Below, one piece after another: positions 40,096 through 50,959 of a stretch of 64,000 nt of DNA (position 1 is its first letter; each line of letters starts with the position of its first letter). This stretch comes from Callorhinchus milii. Taxonomy: Eukaryota. Below the pieces are notes generated by a model, which saw only the letters and a program-made list of their open reading frames with translations, made no database searches and was not told the DNA's origin. The stretch is taken from NCBI RefSeq assembly GCF_018977255.1, contig NW_024704761.1:1984001-2048000 (forward strand). Direction: 5' to 3'. Both the position numbers and the translations under genes were made by a program.

Positions 40096-40417
40096 TACTG
40101 GGAGCTCAGCGGTTAGAGCGCCCGCCTCACGCGCGAGAGACCCGGGTCCGCTTCCCGGCAGGTCAGGGCGAAACCTTGGGCAAGTTTCCTTACTCCGCCC
40201 GCCTGATAAGAATCCCTCAACGGGCAAACAAATATATAATAATTTGGTCACTTCGATCCACGGCTGTTCGTGGGACAGACGCTGCTGTGCGCAGTTGGCT
40301 GCCGCGTTTCGCCCACAAATGTACAGTCACTTCACTTTACAGCCTATGCTGTGAAGCGCTTTGAGACGTCGAGGAGACGTGGTAAGGCGCCGTGTCCAAC
40401 GCGAGGATTATTATTAT
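40096..40417 (+). mobile_element. GC-shifted copy of the tRNA-derived SINE inside a CpG island
   Basis: Same layout as the consensus ('accttgggcaagtttccttactcc', 'gaagcgctttgagacgtc', 'ggattattatt') but with many AT-to-GC differences. Confidence 0.85.
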
Positions 40418-41084
40418 GATAACGCTCAGCAGGTCAGGCAGCATCCATGGAGAGAGGAAAGTGGGTTAACGTTTCAGGTCGATGCCCTTTCGTTCTATGT
40501 CTCTCTCCGCAGCCCAGCAATCGCCGCGGGGCTGACACGTCACCCGCACTGACCTTCACACAGCGCCAGCGAGTCGGCCCGGGTTCGTGTGTGTGTGGGG
40601 GGTGGGGGGGGGGGAGTACAAAAAAAAACATGGCTTTGGGCGTTGGCCAAAAAAAAATGTATTTTTATCTATTTTTTTTTAAATTTTAACCGTTTCCTTT
40701 TCGGCCCCGTTTCTCGGAGAACTTTTCCTCGCAGGTCACTCCCGACTCGGGAGCCGGAACCGCCCCCCGACTACATCGCAGGTACCGCGGTCAATACTCC
40801 CTTCCCGAAAAAACAACAGTAACAACTCACCACCACCACCACCACGGTAATTAACCACAGCGGTCGGCCGGCGGCTGTGCCCCGCGACGGCCGGGCCCGC
40901 GATCGGCTGCCGCGCTCCGCCCCCGCGAAGCGCTCCCCGCGGGGGGGGTGGGGGTGGGGGGGCGCGTCCCGCGGAACGCTTCTGAGACGTCTCGGAGGGT
41001 GCGATGAGAGGCGCTGTTATCCAAGTGCCAGAATTATTATTATTATTTGTGTTGGGTTTGTCATCGTCTGGTGAAGGGTGGGGG

Positions 41085-41572
41085 GGGGTCAGGATGGGTG
41101 GGGGGGGGGGTGGGGGGGGGGGGTCAGGATGGGTGGGGGGGGGGTCAGGATGGGTGGCGGGGGGGGAGGGTCAGGATGGGTGGGGGGGAGGGTCAGGATG
41201 GGTGGGTGGGGGAGGGTCAGGATGGGTGGGTGGGGGAGGGTCAGGATGGGTGGGTGGGGGAGGGTCAGGATGGGTGGGGGGAGGGGGGTCAGGATGGGTG
41301 GGGGGAGGGTCAGGATGGGTGGGGGGAGGGTCAGGATGGGTGGGGGGAGGGTCAGGATGGGTGGGGGGAGGGTCAGGATGGGTGGGGGGGGGGTCAGGAT
41401 GGGTGGGGGGGAGGGTCAGGATGGGTGGGTGGGGGCGGGTCAGGATGGGTGGGGGGGGATGGGGGGAGGGTCAGGATGGGTGGGGGGGGGTCAGGATGGG
41501 TGGGGGGGGATGGGGGGAGGGTCAGGATGGGTGGGGGGGGGGAGGGTCAGGATGGGTGGGGGGGGGGTCAGG
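41085..41572 (+). repeat. (GGGTCAGGATGGGTGGGGG..)n array directly upstream of the avidin TATA box
   Basis: About 20 units of ~21-25 bp. Confidence 0.95.
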
Positions 41573-41616
41573 GGCGGACACACACAGACTTGGCCGCGGC
41601 TGTCAGTGCGGAGGGG

Positions 41617-41622
41617 TATAAA
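41617..41622 (+). promoter_or_regulatory. TATA box of the avidin-like gene
   Basis: GGGTATAAAG, 63 nt upstream of the ATG at 41680, which has good Kozak context (TCCATGG). Confidence 0.75.
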
Positions 41623-41679
41623 GCCCCGGAGTCTGGGCTGAGCCGCTCTGTCTGTGTGTGTGTGTCTGTGTGTGTGTCC

Positions 41680-44600
41680 ATGGCCGCCCTGTGCCGCCTG
41701 TGTGTGTGGGGGTGTGTGTGGGTGTGTGTGTGGGTGTGTGTCCTGCCCACCGCCCGGGTAAGTCAGGCTGCGCTGCGCTGTGGGGAGGGTGGGGTGTGGG
41801 GTGGGGAGGGGAGGGGGTGGGGGTGGGGTGCGGGAGTGTGGGGTGGGGGGGGGTGGGGGTGGGGAGGGGTGGGTTGTGGGGTGGGGGGGGGGGGTGTGGG
41901 ATGGGTGTGGGATGGGGAGGGGTGTGGGGAGGGTGTGGGGGAGGGGTGGGGAGGGTGGGGAGGGGGTGGGGGAGGGTGGGGAGGGTGGGGAGGGGGTGGG
42001 GGAGGGTGGGGTGGGGAGGGGTGTGCGGGGGGGGGGTCTCTCCCTCCCGGTGTAGCCGGGGTTGGGGCTCCCTCCCCCCGGGCTCGGCGCTGACCCTGTC
42101 CCCCCTGTCCCCCCCCAGGCTGAGGGCTGTAACATGACCGGTCTCTGGCGCAGTGGTCTGGGCTCCGCTGTGCACTTGGCGGAGAGGGGCGGCGGTGCGC
42201 TCCGCGGCCGCTATATGACGGCGGTGGAGGTGCAGAAGGGAGACGCCGCTCCCGAGAGCGATGTGATGGGGGTCAGGAACACGGGCAGGAACCCCACATT
42301 CAGCTTCTCGGTGGCCTGGGCGGCAGGTACTGACCACCCACCCACCCACTGACCAACCACTGACCACCGACCACCGACCACCCACTGACCACCGACCACC
42401 CACTGACCACCCACTGACCACCCACCACCCACTGACCAACCACCCACCCACTGACCACTTGACCACCCACTGACCACCCACTGACCACCCACTGACCACT
42501 GACCACCCACTGACCACCCACTGACCACCCACTGACCACTGACCACCCACTGACCACCCACCTGACCACACTACCACTGACCACCCACTGACCTGACCAC
42601 CCACTGACCACCCACTGACCACCCACTGACCACCCACTGACCACCCACTGACCACTGACCACCCACTGACCACCCACTGACCACCCACTGACCACCCACT
42701 GACCACCCACTGACCACCCACTGACCACTGACCACCCACTGACCACTGACCACCCATTGACCGACCACTGACCACTGACCACTGACTGACCACTGACCGA
42801 CCACTGACCACTGACCAGTCACTGACCACTAACTAACTACTGACTGACCACTAACCACTGACTGACCACTGACCACTCACTGACCACTGACTGACCACCC
42901 ACCCACTAACTAACCACCCACCCACCAGCTACTAACTACCCACCAACTACCAACTAATTACCCACCAACTACCTACTAAATACTAACTAATTACCCTCTG
43001 GCCAATTAACTGCCAACTCCCTACTCAGTGACTACCCCCTAACTACCGCTTAAACCTCCTCTTCACCACCTCCTTCTCCCGGTGTCACTGCAGTAACTCC
43101 CGAACCGAGGCTCACGGTGATCTGGAACTGGGGTTTGCAAAGGGTTTGACGCAGTAACTGGACTTAGGGTTTACTACAGTAACTAACTCTCACCCCCCTC
43201 ACGCTCTCACCCCCTCATACCCTCACACCCTCACACCCTCACCCCCTCACGCTCTCACCCCCTCACCCCCTCACCCCCTCACGCTCTCACGCCCTCACCC
43301 CCTCACGCCCTCACCCCCTCACGCTCTCACCCCCTCACCCCCTCACGCCCTCACGCTCTCACCCCCTCACGCTCTCGCACCCTCACCCCCTCACACCCTC
43401 ACGCTCTCACCCCCTCACGCTCTCACACCCTCACCCCCTCACACCCTCACCCTCTCACACCCTCACCCCCTCACACCCTCACACCCTCACCCCCTCACTC
43501 TCTCACACCCTCACACCCTCACGCTCTCATCCCCTCACGCTCTCACACCCTCACCCCCTCACGCTCTCATGCCCTCACCCCCTCACGCCCTCACACCCTC
43601 ACCCCCTCACACCCTCACGCTCTCACACCCTCACCTCCTCACGCTATCACCCCCTCACCTCCTCACACTCTCACACCATCACCCCCTCACGTTCCTCACC
43701 CCCTCACCCCCTCACGTTCCTCACCTCCTCACCCCCTCATGCCCTCCCATCTTAAGCTCTTTGAGACGTCTTGACAGTCTTCCAGACCTAAAGCGCTCCA
43801 CACAATGCACCGCAAGGTGAGTTGACCTTACGCGTGCGTTTGCTCGCGCGTGTCTGCGTGCACACAGGCTCCACCACCTCCTGGGTCGGGCAGTGCTTCG
43901 TGCAGGAAGACGGACAGGAGGTCCTGAAGACCATGTGGCTGCTGAGATCGTCTGCGACAAGCCCTCAAGAGAACTGGGCAGCCGTGAGGTGAGCGACATC
44001 TGCCCCGGCGCTGGCAGGGAGACACTCCCCGGGCGGGTTAACAACTCTTTTGTGAGCAAATGGAGAGAAAGTTATCAGAATGAAAGCCTTTGGCCACGAG
44101 CAGCTGCTGAAGGTCGGACCACATGTGAGGCAGAGACTCCCCACCCCTGCAGCCCCCACATACACACATTTTGGAGCCACCTCATCCCCGAGGAGACCCC
44201 AGTTCCCCCACCCCCACTCCCCAAGGGGTAGTGGAAATCCGGAACTCTGTTCCCCGAAAGATTGTGGACGCCGGATCCATTCACATTCAGTACTGAGGCG
44301 GAGAGCTATTTGTTAGCTCAGGGGATCAAGGGATATAATAATAATAATATATTATTTTATTATATGGGACAAGGGTAATTGGAGCTGAAGTACACATCAG
44401 CCTTGATCTTACTGAATGGCGGAACAGGCTCGAGGGGCTGAATGGCCTCCTCCTGCTGCTATGTGGTCACCCGGCTTCATGAGGGTGACCTTGAGAATCA
44501 GGTCAGCAATATGCTGAGTGTCCAACATCGTGCGCATGTAGCAAAGTGCGGGGAAAGAGCGGTGATTTGCGATGCCGACAACAGCAAGGCTCAGGGTGCG

Positions 44601-44775
44601 TTCTCGGTGCTCTTGTCCCCGCCTGCACCACTCTCTGTGATGGAGGGTTGTGTGGGAGCCGGTGTTTACTGTTCTCTCCCGTCTTTGTGTTTCTTTCTCC
44701 CTCAGGATCGGGGAGGACACTTTCCACCGCAGCCCTGGCAATGTGGTATCTGAGCAGCTGAGGGCGGGCGCATAA
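41680..44775 (+). CDS. Avidin-family biotin-binding protein, secreted, 158 aa, 4 exons
   Basis: Exons 41680-41757, 42119-42326, 43868-43988, 44706-44775. Translation MAALCRLCVWGCVWVCVWVCVLPTAR/AEGCNMTGLWRSGLGSAVHLAERGGGALRGRYMTAVEVQKGDAAPESDVMGVRNTGRNPTFSFSVAWAA/GSTTSWVGQCFVQEDGQEVLKTMWLLRSSATSPQENWAAVR/IGEDTFHRSPGNVVSEQLRAGA*. It carries the avidin hallmarks C-x2-TG-x-W, LGS, YxTAV, PTFxFxVxW, GQCF and EVLKTMWLLRS, with the same four-exon layout as chicken avidin. AATAAA at 44804. Confidence 0.93.
42329..42900 (+). repeat. (CTGACCACCCA/CTGACCA)n array at the start of avidin intron 2
   Basis: Begins within the donor sequence GTACTGACCACC; dozens of TGACC-containing units. Confidence 0.95.
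43188..43740 (+). repeat. (CTCACCCC/CTCACGCT/CTCACACC)n octamer array in avidin intron 2
   Basis: Directly visible 8-bp periodicity. Confidence 0.93.
44318..44465 (+). mobile_element. CR1-type LINE 3' end (shark HER1/HE1-like tail)
   Basis: 'tcagccttgatcttactgaatggcggaacaggctcgaggggctgaatggcctcctcctgctgctatgt'. Related tails near 34690 (plus) and 51070 and 56410 (minus). Confidence 0.65.
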
Positions 44776-46289
44776 CAGCAGCCGTCCAGCGAATAGTGTC
44801 ACCAATAAAGCAATGTCCACTTGATCTTCTTTAACGTGTGTCACTTGTCAGTACTTGTCGGCTGCATACACTGTGAGGCATCATCTGTAAAGCTCATCCA
44901 CATAAGGTCACAATAACCATTGCGTTCGAATACAGAGCCTCATCACGTCAGGAGGACATCTCAAAGCGCTTCGCAGGATTTATTGTGTAGTGCTTGTATT
45001 TGTGGGCAAACCCGGCAGCCAATTTGCTCACAGCAAAGTCCCGCAAACAGCCATGAAGTGAGCAACCGCTTTTATTTCAGGGGATTGTTGGCCAGGACAC
45101 CGGGAGAGAGAAACTCCATTCACTTTTCAATTAGCCCCACGGTTTAACGTCTCATTCAAAGCTCGGCACTGCACTGGAGCGTCAGCCTAGTCTGTGAACT
45201 CGCAGCAGAAGGCAGAAGTCCCGACGTGGGGCTTAGACTCGCAGCAGAGGAAAGGACAAGACATCAACGAAACAGGAACACGGTTGTAAGCGATTCAGCG
45301 GCCACTCTCATCGGTCTGAAACCAAGAGAACGCTGTCTACTGTTTGTGAATTTTGATACTGTTTCCATGGTGATGCGCTCTGCATGAGATTAAATCATAA
45401 TTATCGCATCATGCAATATCAAATGGGAGGAGGACACAGTGATTGTTACCTGAGCTAACCGAGTCGCGGTGTTGGGTTAATTGGTATTCAACCCAGGAGA
45501 ACTAGGAATTTGTCCATTTATAAAATGCCAAGAACTTTGAGCCTCTTTACACACAACGGGAACAGAACCAGGTTACGTCCTGTTGACAGGACAGGGTGGT
45601 TGTTAATGGGGGGGGGGGAGGTGGCTGCTGAATGGAGGCGGTTTCTTGAGCAGGTTTGACTGTAATGACTACTTGAGAACCATGGGAACGGACGGCATAG
45701 GAGGGGGCCATTTAGCTGACGTTCCCGTGGTCGGTGTCGGCTCCTGGTGGAAGCCTCCCAGCCTGACCCCGAGCCAGGGGAACCCGCTTGCTCTGCGTGT
45801 GTCGGCCAAATCTTACAAAATACCCCCATTGCAATGATCTGCTCTAATGTCTCTCTGTGTATCTCTCATGTTACTGGATTGATTTCCATTCTCCTCGTGA
45901 TCTCGAGCAGCTGTGACCCATAACTGACTTGCCTCTCCCCACCGCTTTCTGAATCACTCGTCCCTCTCTACAGTCTTCTGGCGTAATCTCTGGATCTGCA
46001 AACTTCTGGACAATGATTGATCCAAATTCCCCGTTTCCCGAAACTAAAGGAACTCTAAATAGGGGGCGAATGCTGTGTGATCTCCCTCGGTGTAACCGCC
46101 CTGAGCTCCCACAGACCCTGCCTCACAGCTGTCAAAAGTTATTGTATATTTTGAGTGCATAGTTCAAAGGCCCCCCAAATGTGATGTGTTTTAGGGCCAC
46201 CCCTCCCCGCACCCCTTATTCTTTAATCTGGCCTTGCAACCCCTTCCCCCCACCCCCCATCAAGTTATTGTTCACTCCCCCACCCCCAG

Positions 46290-46600
46290 TCAAGGTCCTT
46301 TAGATGAGGTGCTAAACTGAGGTCCCATCGACCTGTGTAGGTGGACATTAAGGATCCCATGGCTCTATTCAAAAAGAGAAAGGAGTTTCTCTCTCCCAGT
46401 GTTCTGGCCAACAATCCCCCAGAATAAAATTGCTCTCTTCTCTCAATGGCTGTTTGCGGGATATTGCTATGGGTAATTGTGCTGCCACACTTGCCTACAA
46501 ATACAGTCACTACACGTCACAGTAAATCCTGTGAAGCATCTTTCTGAGTTGATAAGGCGCTAGACCAAATGCAAGGATTGTTATTTTTATTATTATTATT
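46290..46600 (-). mobile_element. Deu-domain SINE segment
   Basis: Deu-like core 'gaggtcccatcgacctgtgtaggtggacattaaggatcccatggctctattc' and an L2-like tail. The core reads on the plus strand; the orientation call is uncertain. Confidence 0.45.
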
Positions 46601-46974
46601 ACTTCTCCTCCCCCGCCCCGTCTGGTTGATGTGTTGGGTCATGTCTTGCCACTGGCGGTGCCCAGCAGGGTGGCTGCTAGGAGGGGATGGGGAGAGGAAT
46701 ACTCCCTGTTTCTCCTCCGATGGCCACCGTGCCCCCTTATCTCTCCCCGGCCCAGCCTGGCCCCATCTGGCCTTTGGCTCCACCCCTCGGAAGAGGCATT
46801 AACTCTCGGACAATAGGTACCTATCACACTCTCAGTCTCGGTCAGTCTCAGACTCTGTCTCAGCCCATCTCTGTCTCACGTCTGTCTCGCTCTCAATCAG
46901 TCTCTGTCTCAGTCTATGTGTCTCAGACTCAGACTCAGTCTCAGTCAGCGACTTCCAGTCTTCGCTCTCTGCTC

Positions 46975-49900
46975 ATGATGGCAGCTGTCAGTGTGCTGAT
47001 GGAGGAGGAGAGTCTGCTGTGTGGGATCTGCCTGGAACTGTTGAAGGAAGCCGTGACCATCCCGTGCGGCCACACGTTCTGCCTCGGGTGCATTCAGAGC
47101 TGCTGGTGTGAGGCGGGCGATGGCGGAGACCGCAGGTGTCCTCACTGCCGTCAGAGCTTCGCCCCGGCCCCCCACCTCCACAAAAACCTGATCTTATGTA
47201 AGATCGTGGACGACTTCGCCTCGTCCAGAGCCCGAGTGTCCATCAGCCTAGCGGCCGACGGGGGCAAAGTCTCCTGCGATTTCTGCACCGGAACCAAGAT
47301 GGGAGCAGCCAAGTCTTGCTCGGTGTGTTTGGTCTCTTACTGCGAGCTCCACCTCAAGCCTCACCGTGAGAACGCAGCCTTCCAGCACCACAGCCTGACC
47401 GAGCCCATCGGCGATCTCAACCAGAGGAGGTGTCCGGCTCACGGCAAGCTCCTGGACTTGTTCTGCAGGACCGATCAGATCTTTATCTGCTCCTTCTGCA
47501 CCACCGAGAGACACCGCAATCACCAGACGGTAACTGTGGAGGAGGAAGTTTCCAAACAGAAGGTAAGAGATTCGTGGCAGGAGAGAACAATCTCCCGAGA
47601 CTCTGTCTATGTAGGAAATGATCTAGACTGCAGTGCCTCAGGACAGTGTAGGAACATGTGGTGTGTGAGAGAACTTGTGGTTTAAAGCCTTGCTATTATT
47701 ATTATTTATTTTTGAAGGGATTGTTACCCCCTGGATAAGCGATCCACCAATCGACTAACAACTAGGTTCCTACTTACTGCTTGGTCAACAGTGGCATGTG
47801 TGTGGAGTAAGGCAACTTGCCCGGGAATCGAACCCAGGTCCTCTTGCTTGCTCTAACCACTGAGCTACAGGATTCCACAATCCCTCCAAAAAAAAGAAAC
47901 TTGGTCAACTCAATCCACGACTTGTTTGTGGAACATTGCTGTGCGCAATTGACTGCCATGTTTCGCCCACAAAATACAGTCAATCCACATTACAGTGTAC
48001 GCTGTGAAGGACTTTGAGAGTCTCAACGATGTGATAAGGCACTATGTCAAATGGGAGTTTTATTGTTGTTATAATTTTCAGAAACAACTGGCCCACGAGG
48101 AGGTGGAGGTGGCGACACAGATACAGAGGACGTTGGCTGAGATCAGAAACCTGCAGCAAACCATCGACTCTATTACAGTGAGTACCACATTAATATCTCA
48201 GGGATACAGTATATAGTTTGAATGACAACATGTCAAACAACTGTCAGGATGAGGGAAGGGGAACTGGATGGTCTTCTTTCTCCAGCAAATTCTTATGTCC
48301 CGGTTTCTCATTCTCTCGTCAGACCGCCGCGCTCAACGTGGAGTCCGAAATTACCAACAAGTTCATGGCCATGGCGGAGGCCATTCAGGAGACGCAGAGG
48401 GAAGTGATCGGGCTGGTGGAGGGCGAGGAGCGAGCCTCGCTGAGCCAGGCCGACAGCATCAGGAACCAACTGGAGGAGAAGTGCACGCAGCTGAGAGCCC
48501 GAGAGAAGCAGCTGAAAACCCTGTCGTTGAGCAGCGATCAGCTGAGGCTGATACAGGTAACAGCAAAGCCTAGTCAGAGCCCTGGACCTTGATTACACGC
48601 TGCAGATCATATCTGATGGTTATTGTCCGTCAAACGGGGTCAGCGCGTCACCTGACCCAAGCATGGTCACAGGAGCTGCAAATAACAAGAGCAAATAGTG
48701 AGACACGGGCCAGTGATAAACAGAACCTATCCCAAATAATACAATGGGGCACCAATGGCTAACTTAATGAGATCAGGAGCAGTGATGAAATCTACAACAA
48801 AAAGTTACATTTGTATGAATTATCTGGCATGTGTCCTGATTGAATAAGCCTTTTATTCATACAAACAAAGGCTTATTTAATCAGGACAAATGCCAGATAA
48901 TTCAACAACATTGGCAGTATGATTGGGATGGATTTGGTGGTCAGCACTTGCTGAGAGGGTTTGGGTGTGTGAGGGTGTGTGTGTGGGGGTGGGGGGCAGT
49001 ATATGTGTTTGTGGGGTGTGTGTGTGTGGTGGGGGGGAGCAGTGTGTGTGTGTGGGGTGTGTATGCGAGGGGGAGAATCTGGTATTTGCAATCTGATGAT
49101 ATAACCATGGAGTGATCTTGTCTTCAGTATTTTACATCAGTGACTTCAATAAAGTCTTAATTCTTTGTGGTTTTACTCCAGAAAGTCATTGAGTTTTCTT
49201 TCGCTTGGCAAATTCTTATGTTTTTATGTTTCCACGTGTGTTCGCTTGCTGTCAGGAATCTCTGGCTGTGAATGAAGCCACTCAAAGCCTGGAATTCCCG
49301 CAGTTGCGGAGAGATATATTTGTGACGATCGCTCATGCCAGTGAGGTGGTAACTGAGCTCTCGGTGCTGGTAACGGGGTACCTGAGAGAGGCCGTCAACC
49401 ACGGACTGAAAAACAGAGGCACAAAAGGTCAGTGAATTCTATCTGTCTGTCTGTCTTGTCTGTCTGTCGAATGATTGATATGATGCTCAGAATATTTTCG
49501 CCTCGCTCAGCACTGGGTCAAAGTGTGGGGCACAAATTGGCCTCAACGCACTATAGCTTTAGTAGAGACAGTTCCTATGATTGTTTTTATCAGGATCAGG
49601 GTTGACTACAAAGTCCCGGTCAGCCAGCGCTTTCTGGCTAGAATCGCGCCACCGCAGCCAACTGCGCACAGCAGTGTCCCACAAACAGCCGTGGATTGAA
49701 TGCCACGCGATCCACCAATCGACCAACAATCAGGAAGCTGCTACGTGCGTTTCTCACAGTTTTGTGGAGTCCTGTAGCTCAGTGGTTAGAGCACTCGCTT
49801 TGCAAGTGAGAGACCTGAGTTCAATTCCAGGCAGGGCGAAACCTTGGGCAAGTTTCCTTACTCCACACAGAGCCTAATAATAATCCCTCCAAAAAACCAA

Positions 49901-50959
49901 AAACAATAATTAAATTGGTCATTTTCAATCGACGACTGTTTGTGGGACATTGCTGTGCGCAATTGGCTGCCGCGTTCGCCCACAAATATACAGTCAATTC
50001 ACTTTACAGTGTGTTCTGTGAAGCGCTTTGGGACGTCCTCCTGACGTGAAAAGCGCTATATCAAATGCAAGGATTATTATTATTATTATTATTGTTCTGA
50101 TTTCACTTTGGACAGGACGTAAAGCAGAGATTGCTCCTGGGCCGCTCAGCCTCCATGTTGCCCCATTTCATTCGGACCCGGTGACCCGGGAGGACTTTTT
50201 ACGTTGTGAGTATTGCGCTTGTCTTCATTTCACTGTGATCATCCCTTCGAAAAGAGAAAATTTGCCCACAAGATACACAGTCAATTCACTTTACAGCGTA
50301 TCCTGTGAAGCACTTTGAGACGTCTCGAAGACGTGATGAGGTGCTGTATGAAATGTAAAGATTATTATTATTATTATATTTCTTCTCCCTTTCCAGATGC
50401 CGCAAAGCTGACATTTGACCCAAACACCGCGAACAACTACTTGAGTTTATCTGCCGGGAACCGGACGGTGATGGAATGTTTCCCCGAGTCGGGAGGGTAC
50501 CTGGAGCACCCTGACCGCTTCGACACTCTGTGGCACGTACTGTGTGCCGAGAGCCTGTGCGCCGGCAAGTACTACTGGGAGGTGTGCGGGCAGGCAGGGC
50601 CGCGGGGCTTCGCCGCTAACCTGGGCATCGCTTACGGGAGGATCAACAGGAAGGGGGCCGACCTTTCCTGCTCCATCGGCGGCAACGCTGTGTCCTGGTG
50701 CCTGAGCGTCTCCCCGGACGGGGGCCGCCGGCAACGCTTCTCCGCCCGGCACAGGAACAAGTCGTTCGACATCCCGCGAGTGGCGTGCGAGCGGATCGGA
50801 CTCTACCTGGACTGGCCAGCCGGCACCTTGGCCATTTACGATGTGGTCGCGGGTGCCATGACTTTGATTCACCGGTTCCGCTCGGTGTTCACCGAGCCCC
50901 TGTTCCCCGCGTTCGGAGTTTACTCCAAGTCGTCGCTCACGATCCAGCAGCTGCCATAG
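46975..50959 (+). CDS. Tripartite motif E3 ligase (RING, two B-boxes, coiled coil, PRY/SPRY), TRIM16/25/47/finTRIM-like, about 580 aa
   Basis: Exons 46975-47562, 48082-48177 (96 nt), 48323-48556 (234 nt), 49256-49427, 50116-50205, 50397-50959. RING CGICLELLKEAVTIPCGHTFCLGC...CPHC; B-box1 CDFC...KSCSVCLVSYCELHLKPH; B-box2 CPAHGKLLDLFCRTDQIFICSFC; PRY LTFDPNTAN; SPRY YYWEV...IGLYLDWPAGTLAIY. AATAAA at 51291. Confidence 0.94.
49766..50093 (+). mobile_element. tRNA-Ala-headed SINE, full length, young
   Basis: Intact A and B boxes, TGC anticodon loop and (ATT)n tail, ending about 22 nt before the TRIM exon 5 acceptor. Confidence 0.93.

Noticed and set aside
41004-42829. Gly/Trp-rich and VVSGWSVGGQW ORFs
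   Set aside because: They are translations of the tandem arrays around the avidin exons; only the spliced avidin frame has family motifs.
49594-49618. Possible extra TRIM micro-exon
   Set aside because: It is 25 nt long and would shift the frame between exons 4 and 5, which already join in phase.
49766-49838. tRNA-Ala(TGC)-like sequence (also at 27985-28057, 37072-37145 and 55030-55105)
   Set aside because: It always continues into the same SINE body and tail and has imperfect T and acceptor stems, so these are SINE heads rather than tRNA genes.
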